Shown here: positions 20,806 through 30,957 of the stretch, piece after piece
Position numbering within the stretch: position 1 is the first letter of the stretch
Layout: each line of letters starts with the position of its first letter
Assembly: GCF_048403405.1 (NCBI RefSeq)
Contig: NZ_CP183129.1
Direction: 5' to 3' (one strand)
Length of the DNA: 64,000 nt
DNA from: Escherichia coli
Lineage (GTDB): Bacteria > Pseudomonadota > Gammaproteobacteria > Enterobacterales > Enterobacteriaceae
Notes under the pieces: generated by a model
What the model was told of the DNA's origin: nothing
The model's input: the letters and a program-made list of their open reading frames with translations, nothing else
Databases searched by the model: none
Program-made: the position numbers and the translations under genes

Positions 20806-21708
20806 ATGCAAATCACCAACATGCATTGCAGTGGACAAACCGTTTCACTTGCCGCGGGGGATTATCACGCGACTATCGTGACGGTTGGTGCTGGTCTGGC
20901 TGAATTAACTTTTCAGGGTTGTCATTTAGTCATCCCACACAAACCCGAAGAGATGCCGCTGGCGCATCTGGGTAAAGTGCTTATTCCGTGGCCGAACCGG
21001 ATCGCCAACGGCTGTTATCGCTATCAGGGGCAGGACTATCAGTTACCCATTAATGAACATAGTTCAAAAGCCGCTATTCACGGGCTGCTTGCCTGGCGTG
21101 ACTGGCAAATTAGCGAATTAACCGCCACCAGCGTTACCCTGACAGCTTTTCTGCCGCCCAGTTACGGCTATCCGTTTATGCTGGCTTCACAAGTTGTTTA
21201 TTCGCTCAATGCACGCACGGGTCTTTCCGTTGAGATCGCAAGCCAGAATATTGGTACTGTGACCGCACCTTATGGTGTGGGTATTCATCCTTATTTAACC
21301 TGCAACTTAACATCTGTTGATGACTATCTTTTCCAGCTTCCGGCAGAACAGGTTTATGCCGTCGATGAGCACGCAAATCCGACAACGCTTCACCACGTTG
21401 ATGAGTTGGATTTAAATTTCACGCAGGCGAAAAAAATAGCCGCGACAAAAATCGACCACACCTTTAAAACCGCTAATGATCTGTGGGAAATGACCATTAC
21501 CCATCCACAGCATTTGCTTTCGGTGAGCCTCTGTTCCGATCAACCCTGGGTGCAGGTTTATAGCGGTGAAAAATTACAGCGTCAGGGACTGGCAGTTGAA
21601 CCTATGAGTTGCCCGCCTGATGCGTTTAATTCCGGCACCGATTTAATATTACTGCAACCCGGAAAAACACACCGCCTGTTTTTTAATATTTACGGACAGA
21701 GAAAATAA
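20806..21708 (+). CDS. yihR: Aldose-1-epimerase family protein (sulfoquinovose mutarotase)
   Basis: ORF 20797-21708. I prefer the ATG at 20806 (AGGTG 6 nt upstream) over the GTG at 20797, which directly follows a TAG. The start is uncertain. Confidence 0.85.
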   Translation: MQITNMHCSGQTVSLAAGDYHATIVTVGAGLAELTFQGCHLVIPHKPEEMPLAHLGKVLIPWPNRIANGCYRYQGQDYQLPINEHSSKAAIHGLLAWRDWQISELTATSVTLTAFLPPSYGYPFMLASQVVYSLNARTGLSVEIASQNIGTVTAPYGVGIHPYLTCNLTSVDDYLFQLPAEQVYAVDEHANPTTLHHVDELDLNFTQAKKIAATKIDHTFKTANDLWEMTITHPQHLLSVSLCSDQPWVQVYSGEKLQRQGLAVEPMSCPPDAFNSGTDLILLQPGKTHRLFFNIYGQRK

Positions 21709-21912
21709 CTTGTATTGATTAGCAGTCAAAATCATTGAAGAACATTTCACTCGCTAAAGGCAACGTTATGTATCATCAATTTATTAAGTTAAAAACAGCT
21801 CAGCTTCTTTAAAGTTTATATATATCAGTTTTATGAGAATCATTTTACATAAGCCTGTAATAACAATAACAGGAAGGAAACAACCTCGTTCTCAACTCTA
21901 TGGAGATTATTT

Positions 21913-23949
21913 ATGGATACGCCACGCCCACAGTTATTAGATTTTCAATTTCATCAGAATAACGACAGTCTTACCCTACGTTTTCAGGGCCGTCTTATTT
22001 TAACCCATAGTAAAGATAATCCTTGTTTATGGATTGGTTCAGGTATTGCGGATATCGATATGTTCCGCGGCAATTTCAGCATTAAAGATAAATTGCAGGA
22101 GAAGATTGCGCTCACCGACGCTACCGTCAGCCAGTCACCGGATGGCTGGTTAATCCATTTCAGCCGTGGTTCTGACATTAGCGCCACGCTGCGTATCTCT
22201 GCCGACGAACAGGGCCGTTTATTGCTGGAACTACAAAACGACAACCTTAACCACAACCGTATCTGGCTGCGCCTTGCCGCTCAACCAGAGGACCATATCT
22301 ACGGCTGCGGTGAACAATTCTCCTACTTTGATCTGCGCGGCAAACCGTTCCCGCTATGGACCAGTGAACAAGGCGTTGGTCGCAACAAGCAAACCTATGT
22401 CACCTGGCAGGCCGACTGCAAAGAGAACGCGGGCGGCGACTATTACTGGACTTTCTTCCCACAGCCTACGTTTGTCAGCACGCAGAAGTATTACTGCCAT
22501 GTTGATAACAGTTGCTACATGAACTTCGACTTTAGCGCCCCGGAATACCATGAACTGGCGCTGTGGGAAGACAAAGCAACGCTGCGTTTTGAATGTGCTG
22601 ATACATACATCTCCCTGCTGGAAAAATTAACTGCCCTGCTGGGACGCCAGCCAGAACTGCCCGACTGGATTTATGACGGGGTAACGCTCGGCATTCAGGG
22701 CGGGACGGAAGTGTGTCAGAAGAAACTGGACACCATGCGTAACGCGGGTGTGAAGGTTAACGGCATCTGGGCGCAGGACTGGTCCGGGATCCGTATGACC
22801 TCTTTTGGCAAACGCGTAATGTGGAACTGGAAGTGGAACAGCGAAAACTATCCGCAACTGGACTCACGTATTAAGCAGTGGAACAAAGAGGGCGTGCAGT
22901 TCCTGGCCTATATCAACCCGTATGTAGCCAGCGATAAAGATCTCTGCGAAGAGGCGGCAAAGCGCGGTTATCTGGCAAAAGATGCCTCTGGCGGCGACTA
23001 TCTGGTGGAGTTTGGCGAGTTCTATGGCGGCGTTGTCGATCTCACCAATCCAGAAGCCTACGCCTGGTTCAAGGAAGTGATCAAAAAGAACATGATTGAA
23101 CTTGGCTGCGGCGGCTGGATGGCTGACTTCGGCGAGTATCTGCCCACCGACACGTACCTGCATAACGGCGTCAGCGCGGAGATTATGCATAACGCCTGGC
23201 CTGCGCTGTGGGCGAAATGTAACTACGAAGCCCTTGAAGAAACGGGCAAGCTCGGCGAGATCCTTTTCTTTATGCGCGCCGGTTCTACCGGTAGCCAGAA
23301 ATACTCCACCATGATGTGGGCGGGTGACCAGAACGTCGACTGGAGTCTGGACGATGGCCTGGCGTCGGTTGTCCCGGCGGCGCTGTCGCTGGCAATGACC
23401 GGACATGGCCTGCATCACAGCGACATTGGCGGTTACACAACCCTGTTTGAGATGAAGCGCAGCAAAGAGCTGCTACTGCGCTGGTGTGATTTCAGCGCCT
23501 TCACGCCGATGATGCGCACCCACGAAGGCAACCGTCCGGGCGACAACTGGCAGTTTGACGGCGACGCGGAAACTATCGCCCATTTTGCCCGTATGACCAC
23601 CGTCTTCACCACCCTGAAACCTTACCTGAAAGAGGCCGTCGCGCTGAATGCGAAGTCCGGTCTGCCGGTCATGCGCCCGCTGTTCCTGCATTACGAAGAC
23701 GATGCGCACACTTACACCCTGAAATATCAGTACCTGTTAGGTCGCGACATTCTGGTCGCTCCGGTGCATGAAGAAGGCCGTAGCGACTGGACGCTCTATC
23801 TGCCGGAGGATAACTGGGTCCATGCCTGGACGGGTGAAGCATTCCGGGGCGGGGAAGTGACCGTTAATGCGCCCATCGGCAAGCCGCCGGTCTTTTATCG
23901 CGCCGATAGCGAATGGGCGGCACTGTTCGCGTCGTTAAAAAGCATCTAA
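21913..23949 (+). CDS. yihQ: Sulfoquinovosidase (GH31 family)
   Basis: 678-aa ORF containing a GH31-like WMADFGEY segment. Confidence 0.94.
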   Translation: MDTPRPQLLDFQFHQNNDSLTLRFQGRLILTHSKDNPCLWIGSGIADIDMFRGNFSIKDKLQEKIALTDATVSQSPDGWLIHFSRGSDISATLRISADEQGRLLLELQNDNLNHNRIWLRLAAQPEDHIYGCGEQFSYFDLRGKPFPLWTSEQGVGRNKQTYVTWQADCKENAGGDYYWTFFPQPTFVSTQKYYCHVDNSCYMNFDFSAPEYHELALWEDKATLRFECADTYISLLEKLTALLGRQPELPDWIYDGVTLGIQGGTEVCQKKLDTMRNAGVKVNGIWAQDWSGIRMTSFGKRVMWNWKWNSENYPQLDSRIKQWNKEGVQFLAYINPYVASDKDLCEEAAKRGYLAKDASGGDYLVEFGEFYGGVVDLTNPEAYAWFKEVIKKNMIELGCGGWMADFGEYLPTDTYLHNGVSAEIMHNAWPALWAKCNYEALEETGKLGEILFFMRAGSTGSQKYSTMMWAGDQNVDWSLDDGLASVVPAALSLAMTGHGLHHSDIGGYTTLFEMKRSKELLLRWCDFSAFTPMMRTHEGNRPGDNWQFDGDAETIAHFARMTTVFTTLKPYLKEAVALNAKSGLPVMRPLFLHYEDDAHTYTLKYQYLLGRDILVAPVHEEGRSDWTLYLPEDNWVHAWTGEAFRGGEVTVNAPIGKPPVFYRADSEWAALFASLKSI

Positions 23950-23994
23950 TCACATCCGCCCGTGGGGAAACTCATGGGCAAAGGGAGAACATCG

Positions 23995-25380
23995 ATGAGT
24001 CACATCACAACGGAAGATCCAGCAACTTTACGCCTGCCCTTTAAAGAGAAACTCTCTTACGGTATCGGCGATCTGGCCTCTAACATCCTGCTGGATATTG
24101 GTACGCTTTATCTTTTGAAGTTTTATACCGACGTTCTGGGGCTGCCCGGCACCTATGGCGGCATTATCTTTTTGATCTCGAAATTCTTTACCGCCTTTAC
24201 CGATATGGGAACCGGCATCATGTTGGATTCCCGACGCAAGATCGGTCCAAAAGGTAAATTCCGTCCTTTTATTCTGTATGCGTCATTCCCGGTTACCTTA
24301 CTGGCGATCGCCAACTTTATCGGTACGCCGTTCGATGTCACCGGTAAAACGGTGATGGCAACTATCCTGTTTATGCTTTATGGACTGTTTTTCAGCATGA
24401 TGAACTGTTCCTACGGCGCAATGGTGCCTGCCATCACCAAAAACCCCAACGAGCGCGCCTCACTGGCGGCATGGCGTCAGGGCGGCGCTACGCTGGGCCT
24501 GCTGCTGTGTACGGTGGGATTCGTACCAGTGATGAATCTTATCGAGGGGAATCAGAAACTTGGCTATATCTTCGCCGCCACGCTGTTTTCACTGTTCGGC
24601 CTGCTGTTTATGTGGATCTGCTACTCGGGCGTGAAAGAGCGTTATGTCGAAACCCAACCTGCTAATCCGGCGCAAAAGCCTGGCCTGTTGCAATCTTTCC
24701 GCGCAATTGCCGGTAACCGCCCGCTGTTCATTCTGTGTATTGCTAACCTCTGCACCTTAGGGGCGTTTAACGTCAAGCTCGCCATTCAGGTTTATTACAC
24801 CCAGTACGTGCTTAACGATCCCATCCTGTTGTCATATATGGGATTTTTCAGCATGGGCTGTATTTTCATCGGCGTGTTCCTGATGCCCGGCGCAGTCAGA
24901 CGTTTTGGTAAGAAGAAGGTCTATATCGGCGGCCTGCTGATTTGGGTGCTTGGCGATCTGCTCAACTATTTCTTTGGCGGCGGTTCGGTCAGCTTCGTGG
25001 CGTTCTCCTGCCTGGCATTCTTCGGCTCAGCGTTTGTTAACAGCCTGAACTGGGCGCTGGTTTCCGACACCGTGGAATATGGCGAATGGCGCACCGGCGT
25101 GCGTTCGGAAGGGACGGTCTACACCGGTTTCACCTTCTTTCGCAAAGTTTCTCAGGCGCTGGCTGGTTTCTTCCCCGGCTGGATGCTGACGCAAATCGGC
25201 TATGTGCCGAACGTCGCACAGGCTGACCACACTATTGAAGGGTTGCGCCAGCTGATCTTCATCTACCCAAGCGCACTGGCAGTAGTCACCATTGTGGCGA
25301 TGGGTTGCTTCTACAGTCTGAACGAGAAGATGTACGTCCGCATTGTTGAAGAGATAGAAGCCCGTAAACGCACGGCGTAA
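23995..25380 (+). CDS. yihP: GPH-family (glycoside-pentoside-hexuronide:cation) transporter YihP
   Basis: 461 codons from MSHITTEDPATLRLPFKEKLSYGIGD. GGGAGA lies 6 nt upstream. Polytopic protein. Confidence 0.9.
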   Translation: MSHITTEDPATLRLPFKEKLSYGIGDLASNILLDIGTLYLLKFYTDVLGLPGTYGGIIFLISKFFTAFTDMGTGIMLDSRRKIGPKGKFRPFILYASFPVTLLAIANFIGTPFDVTGKTVMATILFMLYGLFFSMMNCSYGAMVPAITKNPNERASLAAWRQGGATLGLLLCTVGFVPVMNLIEGNQKLGYIFAATLFSLFGLLFMWICYSGVKERYVETQPANPAQKPGLLQSFRAIAGNRPLFILCIANLCTLGAFNVKLAIQVYYTQYVLNDPILLSYMGFFSMGCIFIGVFLMPGAVRRFGKKKVYIGGLLIWVLGDLLNYFFGGGSVSFVAFSCLAFFGSAFVNSLNWALVSDTVEYGEWRTGVRSEGTVYTGFTFFRKVSQALAGFFPGWMLTQIGYVPNVAQADHTIEGLRQLIFIYPSALAVVTIVAMGCFYSLNEKMYVRIVEEIEARKRTA

Positions 25381-25422
25381 TTATAATAAACAACGCCCTG
25401 CGGGGCGTTATAAGGAGTGATT

Positions 25423-26826
25423 ATGTCTGACCATAATCCACTGACATTAAGACTGAATCTGCGGGAAAAAATCGCCTATGGTATGGGCGACGTCGGTTCG
25501 AATTTAATGCTCTGCATCGGTACTCTGTATCTCCTCAAATTTTATACCGATGAATTAGGGATGCCTGCTTACTATGGCGGGATTATCTTTCTGGTGGCGA
25601 AGTTTTTTACCGCGTTTACCGATATGCTCACCGGATTTTTACTCGATTCGCGGAAAAATATTGGGCCTAAAGGAAAGTTCAGGCCGTTTATTTTATACGC
25701 AGCGGTTCCGGCGGCGTTAATTGCAACGCTCCAGTTTATCGCCACCACTTTTAGTTTGCCGGTTAAAACGACGATTGCCACCGCACTGTTTATGATGTTT
25801 GGGCTTTCATACAGTCTGATGAACTGCTCGTATGGCGCGATGATCCCGGCCATTACCAAAAACCCGAATGAGCGCGCGCAGCTCGCGGCTTACCGCCAGG
25901 GTGGTGCAACCATAGGGCTATTGATTTGTACCGTGGCGTTTATTCCGTTGCAGTCGCTTTTTTCTGACTCCACCGTCGGTTATGCCTGCGCGGCACTGAT
26001 GTTCTCCATTGGTGGCTTTATTTTTATGATGCTGTGCTACAGAGGCGTCAAAGAGCATTATGTGGACACAGCGCCAACCGGACATAAAGCCAATATTCTC
26101 AAATCTTTTTGCGCAATATTTCGAAATCCGCCATTGCTGGTTTTATGCATTGCTAACCTGTGTACTCTGGCGGCATTTAATATCAAACTGGCGATTCAGG
26201 TCTATTACACCCAGTATGTGCTGAATGATATTAATTTATTATCGTGGATGGGATTTTTCAGTATGGGATGTATCCTCGTCGGCGTATTACTGGTGCCATT
26301 AACTGTAAAATGTTTTGGTAAAAAACAGGTTTATTTAGCTGGCATGGTGCTATGGGCGGTTGGTGATATCCTGAATTATTTCTGGGGAAGTAACTCTTTC
26401 ACTTTCGTCATGTTCTCTTGTGTCGCCTTTTTTGGCACGGCCTTTGTGAACAGCCTGAACTGGGCACTGGTGCCAGATACCGTAGATTACGGTGAATGGA
26501 AAACCGGTATTCGTGCCGAAGGTTCTGTTTATACCGGTTATACCTTCTTTCGTAAAATTTCTGCCGCACTTGCTGGCTTCTTGCCAGGCATTATGCTGAC
26601 GCAAATCGGTTATGTTCCCAACATCGCGCAAAGTGATGCGACATTACAGGGTTTGCGTCAGCTCATTTTTATCTGGCCTTGTGCACTGGCAATTATTGCT
26701 GCATTGACGATGGGATTCTTTTACACACTCAATGAAAAACGGTTTGCATTGATTATTGAGGAAATCAACCAACGCAAAAATAAAGAGATGGCGACAGAAG
26801 AAAAAACGGCTTCCGTAACGTTATAA
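25423..26826 (+). CDS. yihO: GPH-family transporter YihO (sulfoquinovose importer)
   Basis: 467 codons from MSDHNPLTLRLNLREKIAYGMGD. AAGGAG lies 5 nt upstream. It is a clear paralogue of the preceding gene. Confidence 0.9.
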   Translation: MSDHNPLTLRLNLREKIAYGMGDVGSNLMLCIGTLYLLKFYTDELGMPAYYGGIIFLVAKFFTAFTDMLTGFLLDSRKNIGPKGKFRPFILYAAVPAALIATLQFIATTFSLPVKTTIATALFMMFGLSYSLMNCSYGAMIPAITKNPNERAQLAAYRQGGATIGLLICTVAFIPLQSLFSDSTVGYACAALMFSIGGFIFMMLCYRGVKEHYVDTAPTGHKANILKSFCAIFRNPPLLVLCIANLCTLAAFNIKLAIQVYYTQYVLNDINLLSWMGFFSMGCILVGVLLVPLTVKCFGKKQVYLAGMVLWAVGDILNYFWGSNSFTFVMFSCVAFFGTAFVNSLNWALVPDTVDYGEWKTGIRAEGSVYTGYTFFRKISAALAGFLPGIMLTQIGYVPNIAQSDATLQGLRQLIFIWPCALAIIAALTMGFFYTLNEKRFALIIEEINQRKNKEMATEEKTASVTL

Positions 26827-26892
26827 ATGTCAATAGCCGCTATTTCCATCCTGGTGGGTGGCGGCCTCCCTACGTTTAAAAATGGACTTATT

Positions 26893-27585
26893 ATGAAAAA
26901 GATTAATGCAATAATTCTATTATCCTCTCTGACCTCTGCCTCGGTATTTGCTGGCGCATACGTCGAAAACAGGGAGGCATATAATCTCGCCTCCGATCAG
27001 GGCGAAGTTATGCTACGCGTGGGTTATAACTTCGATATAGGCGCGGGTATTATGTTAACCAATACCTATACCTTTCAGCGAGAAGATGAACTCAAACATG
27101 GCTATAATGAAATTGAAGGCTGGTACCCGTTATTTAAACCAACCGATAAATTAACCATCCAGCCCGGTGGCTTAATTAATGATAAGAGTATCGGTTCGGG
27201 TGGTGCTGTTTATCTGGATGTTAACTACAAATTTACTCCGTGGTTTAACCTGACAGTGCGTAATCGCTATAACCATAATAACTATAGTTCAACAGATTTG
27301 AGCGGGGAACTGGATAATAATGACACCTATGAAATTGGCACCTACTGGAATTTTAAAATCACCGATAAATTTTCCTATACATTTGAGCCACATTATTTCA
27401 TACGCGTAAATGACTTTAATAGCAGCAATGGAAAAGATCATCACTGGGAAATCACTAATACCTTCCGTTATCGCATTAATGAACACTGGCTGCCTTATTT
27501 CGAATTACGTTGGTTAGATCGTAATGTCGAACCGTACCACCGCGAGCAAAACCAGATTCGTATCGGGACGAAGTATTTCTTCTGA
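26893..27585 (+). CDS. ompL: Outer-membrane porin OmpL
   Basis: 230 codons from MKKINAIILLSSLTSASVFA (signal peptide). The protein has alternating beta-strand character and ends in ...KYFF (C-terminal Phe). Confidence 0.92.
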   Translation: MKKINAIILLSSLTSASVFAGAYVENREAYNLASDQGEVMLRVGYNFDIGAGIMLTNTYTFQREDELKHGYNEIEGWYPLFKPTDKLTIQPGGLINDKSIGSGGAVYLDVNYKFTPWFNLTVRNRYNHNNYSSTDLSGELDNNDTYEIGTYWNFKITDKFSYTFEPHYFIRVNDFNSSNGKDHHWEITNTFRYRINEHWLPYFELRWLDRNVEPYHREQNQIRIGTKYFF

Positions 27586-27592
27586 TGTGAAA

Positions 27593-27672
<80 letters not shown>

Positions 27673-27675
27673 TAA

Positions 27676-28941
27676 TTAAGCTTCAGCCGCCAGCATCTCT
27701 TTCTTACGTTGGCTAATACGCTTAACCAGCATTACGGAAACCACCGCACCACAGAATGCGAAGCAGGCCATAATGCCAAACACGATTTTGTAGCCAATAA
27801 TCCCCGGATTTAAATCCAGAATGTAGCCATACAGACTGAAGCAGAACATCGCCGGGGCGTAACCAATAAAGCTACCCAACGCCATCGCCGCGCCTGTTTT
27901 ATTTTCAGCAATTTTTGCTTCGCCGATAGGTGCAAAAAATACGGCTCGCTGTGTAAAGACTATCGCGCCAAAGCCCAGCGTACATGCCATCCCTAGATAT
28001 ACCGGCATACTTTCGTGCGGCAGCATAATCAACAGTACGAGCGCAGCGGTACTGATGATAAAGGTGTAGCATAGATATTTACTCGGCGATTTCAGGATCT
28101 TATCTGAAATCATGCCACCAATCGGTCCACCAATCATTTTCAGACAGTATTGGTTAATGATGCCGTAAGCCCCCACCAGCGCAACGGGCAATAGATAGAT
28201 GTTTTTCAGGAATGGAATGAAGAATGTCAGGCCACAGTAAACCGCGTAAACGAAGAAGACGTTGAAAGCGATAAGCCAGATAGTTTTGTCTTTCAGCACC
28301 GAGGTCATACTGGTGTTTTTCGATGCTCCGTCTTCTTTTTTCACCTCAACGGACGGTGCCTCTTCTTTGTCATTCAGAACAAAGAAAATGATAATGCCTA
28401 CGACAATCACAATAAGGGAATAGAACCAGATGCCTGCTTTAAAACCCAATAAGCCACTGCCAAACCAGGTAAATACTGCCAACGCAGAAAATGCCACCAC
28501 AGTATCGACAATGCCACGCCCTGTTTCGAAGAAGCCAAACAACCGACCTTGTTGTTCGCTATTGCCCAATCGACTTACCGACTTGAGCAAGACCGGCCAG
28601 TTCATCATGTCGCAAGTAACGCCAAATAGCGCCCAGACAAAGAGGATGCCCCAATACCCCGGCATTGTCGTCAAATAAACACCCAGTAATCCTGTCGCAA
28701 TGAGTGAGAATGACATGGTGTATCTGCGCGGTAGTTTATCGGCAAAATAAATAGACAGAAAAAAGCCCACTGTCGTGACAAATGAGTTTACCGACATAGC
28801 ATTACCAATTTGACCATTGGTCAAATGGAAATATTCCTGCATCGGGATATAAAACGCATCTTTCAGCGACGGTAATTTATAAATTGTACCGCCACACAAT
28901 GTTAATAGACTAAATAACGCCCATTTCTTTTTCGTGAGCAT
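27676..28941 (-). CDS. yihN: MFS transporter YihN
   Basis: 421-aa polytopic ORF. Position matches K-12. Confidence 0.9.
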   Translation of the reverse strand: MLTKKKWALFSLLTLCGGTIYKLPSLKDAFYIPMQEYFHLTNGQIGNAMSVNSFVTTVGFFLSIYFADKLPRRYTMSFSLIATGLLGVYLTTMPGYWGILFVWALFGVTCDMMNWPVLLKSVSRLGNSEQQGRLFGFFETGRGIVDTVVAFSALAVFTWFGSGLLGFKAGIWFYSLIVIVVGIIIFFVLNDKEEAPSVEVKKEDGASKNTSMTSVLKDKTIWLIAFNVFFVYAVYCGLTFFIPFLKNIYLLPVALVGAYGIINQYCLKMIGGPIGGMISDKILKSPSKYLCYTFIISTAALVLLIMLPHESMPVYLGMACTLGFGAIVFTQRAVFFAPIGEAKIAENKTGAAMALGSFIGYAPAMFCFSLYGYILDLNPGIIGYKIVFGIMACFAFCGAVVSVMLVKRISQRKKEMLAAEA

Positions 28942-29042
28942 AACATCCCCTAAGCGATTTTTAAAATCACTGTTTTAAAGGCAATAAGATACCGACCATT
29001 CATATGGAATGGTTTTATTAACTGCGTATGAGTTAAAACTTA

Positions 29043-30023
29043 TTAGTGGTTCAGAAGATGGTTTGCCTCTTGTTTGATTTGTTGTAGTACGTTACGCACA
29101 TGATTTATCTGATTAATTGCATCTTCTTTTTCTTTACGTAACCGCGCATCCAGTAAATGATTTTCTGGCAATGGTGTTTCACTCATCTGGCGATAAGGGA
29201 TCCACGGATTATCATCTTCGTCTTCAAAGCGGAACGCCGGCGCATAGTAATCAACCTCTTCTTCCAGGCCATATGCCGTCACCTGCGGCTCATCATCACC
29301 CAGGCAGATAAGGTGCGTTAATAACGCTTTGAACGGCATATCACCCTGACCTGAAATACAGGCTTTATGACCCAGGCCACCCTCTTCTTTAACGATCAAG
29401 GCATCTTTGATATGGACCTGGGTAATATGCGGTGCCATCGTTTTTAAAGCGTCGATGGGATGCTCATTTGCATTGATCATGTTCGCAAAATCAAACAGTA
29501 AGGAAAGAGATTCCATCTTACTTTCTTTGACCAGCGACACCAGCTCATGGCTTTTTAAATCTTCATGCTGTTCGATCGTAAAAGTCAGGCCGCTGTCCTG
29601 ATACGTTTCCCGTACATAGGCAATGTCGTTAGCGATGATCGATAATACGTCGCGCAAATTACCTTCATAACGTGGATAAAAACGTACGGACGATGCCCCA
29701 GTTTTCAACGCAATGGCGACGGCTTCGTCAATAGATGCCTTATCTGAAGCGCTGGTTTCAATATGAATATCAAGGTTCAGACGGCGGGCTTTATCCCCAA
29801 AGGCAGAGAGTTCTTTATCGTCCATATTACCAAGAGAAAAACGCTCGCCATCCAGAACATGGATTTTGACGCCACGTAGATTATTTTCACTTGCGATATC
29901 AAGTAAATCAGCAGGCAACACTCTTTCCAGCCGCATATTTAAATGAAAGGCATAAGCATGTAAATAAAGAGGAAGAGTGTCGACACGTTGTAGAATCTTT
30001 CTTGCGTTATTTATTGTCACCAT
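29043..30023 (-). CDS. yihM: Sugar-phosphate isomerase/epimerase-like TIM-barrel protein YihM
   Basis: 326-aa ORF. Position matches K-12. Confidence 0.88.
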   Translation of the reverse strand: MVTINNARKILQRVDTLPLYLHAYAFHLNMRLERVLPADLLDIASENNLRGVKIHVLDGERFSLGNMDDKELSAFGDKARRLNLDIHIETSASDKASIDEAVAIALKTGASSVRFYPRYEGNLRDVLSIIANDIAYVRETYQDSGLTFTIEQHEDLKSHELVSLVKESKMESLSLLFDFANMINANEHPIDALKTMAPHITQVHIKDALIVKEEGGLGHKACISGQGDMPFKALLTHLICLGDDEPQVTAYGLEEEVDYYAPAFRFEDEDDNPWIPYRQMSETPLPENHLLDARLRKEKEDAINQINHVRNVLQQIKQEANHLLNH

Positions 30024-30030
30024 AAAACAC

Positions 30031-30741
30031 CTACAGATTAATGATGAGGTCTACGGCCTCAAATCGCCAATATTCAATATCTATCTGGACAATATTGCCT
30101 TGCTGGTCGGCGCGATGCTTTTCAATTAAGATCGCTGGCATACCCGCAGAACCGCCAAGATACTTGCTGATATCGCCCGGCATTCTGACGGGTTTGAAAA
30201 TCAATTTTTTTACTACCGTCTCTTTTTGGTAGCACTTTTCCCAGACTGCAGAAAATGAGTGGTTTTCAAGTTGTTCAATAAAACCCGGAGCAACTTCAGG
30301 ATTAATATATGTTTCGTGATAGAAAACTTTATGTCCTTCCAGCGCCCCCCAGCCGGTGATGCGATAGAGTTCAGTTGATGGTGTCACTGCAATCAGTGGC
30401 GCGAGCGTCTCGGGAATATCGCTGGTACGGTTTTTCTCGGTAAACCCCCAGGAAGGCTCTCGTCCTTGCTCAATTGCGGCCCGCTGAAAGCTCGCTGACA
30501 GCTCCGGACTGTAATTAAATCGCGGCTGGGTCACGAACCACCCCTTACGATCCTTACGGAAGATTTTGGATTCTGCCTCGAGGTTCAACAACGCCTGGCG
30601 CAGCGTCATACGTTTAATGCCCAGCAGTTCTCCCAGCTCTCTTTCTGAAGGGAGTTTTCCACCCGGCGTGGTGATGCCATCTTTCAACCACCGATCCAGT
30701 TTCTCTTTTGCATTTTCTACGGTGGATTGATTCTCCGCCAT
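30031..30741 (-). CDS. yihL: GntR-family transcriptional regulator YihL
   Basis: 236-aa ORF with an N-terminal GntR wHTH (LPSERELGELLGIKRMTLRQAL). Confidence 0.9.
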   Translation of the reverse strand: MAENQSTVENAKEKLDRWLKDGITTPGGKLPSERELGELLGIKRMTLRQALLNLEAESKIFRKDRKGWFVTQPRFNYSPELSASFQRAAIEQGREPSWGFTEKNRTSDIPETLAPLIAVTPSTELYRITGWGALEGHKVFYHETYINPEVAPGFIEQLENHSFSAVWEKCYQKETVVKKLIFKPVRMPGDISKYLGGSAGMPAILIEKHRADQQGNIVQIDIEYWRFEAVDLIINL

Positions 30742-30907
30742 TGTTTAATCCTTTTGGTTTAAACCAGATGAAGCATCTTACGCTTACGCCAAAAAAGAAA
30801 GCAATTAACGGTGTATGACTTTGCAGATAATTGTGACAAAGCTCTCTATTGACGTAATCACAGACTTATAAGGGAGATACTCGCATTGGTGTGCGCTCAC
30901 GACAGGT

Positions 30908-30940
30908 AAAAAAAAACCTGCCAGCGATGGCAGGTTTTTT
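30908..30940. terminator. Bidirectional terminator between typA and yihL
   Basis: An A-run, then CCTGCC-AGCGAT-GGCAGG, then a T-run. Confidence 0.75.
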
Positions 30941-30957
30941 ATGACTGAAAAGCGAAA

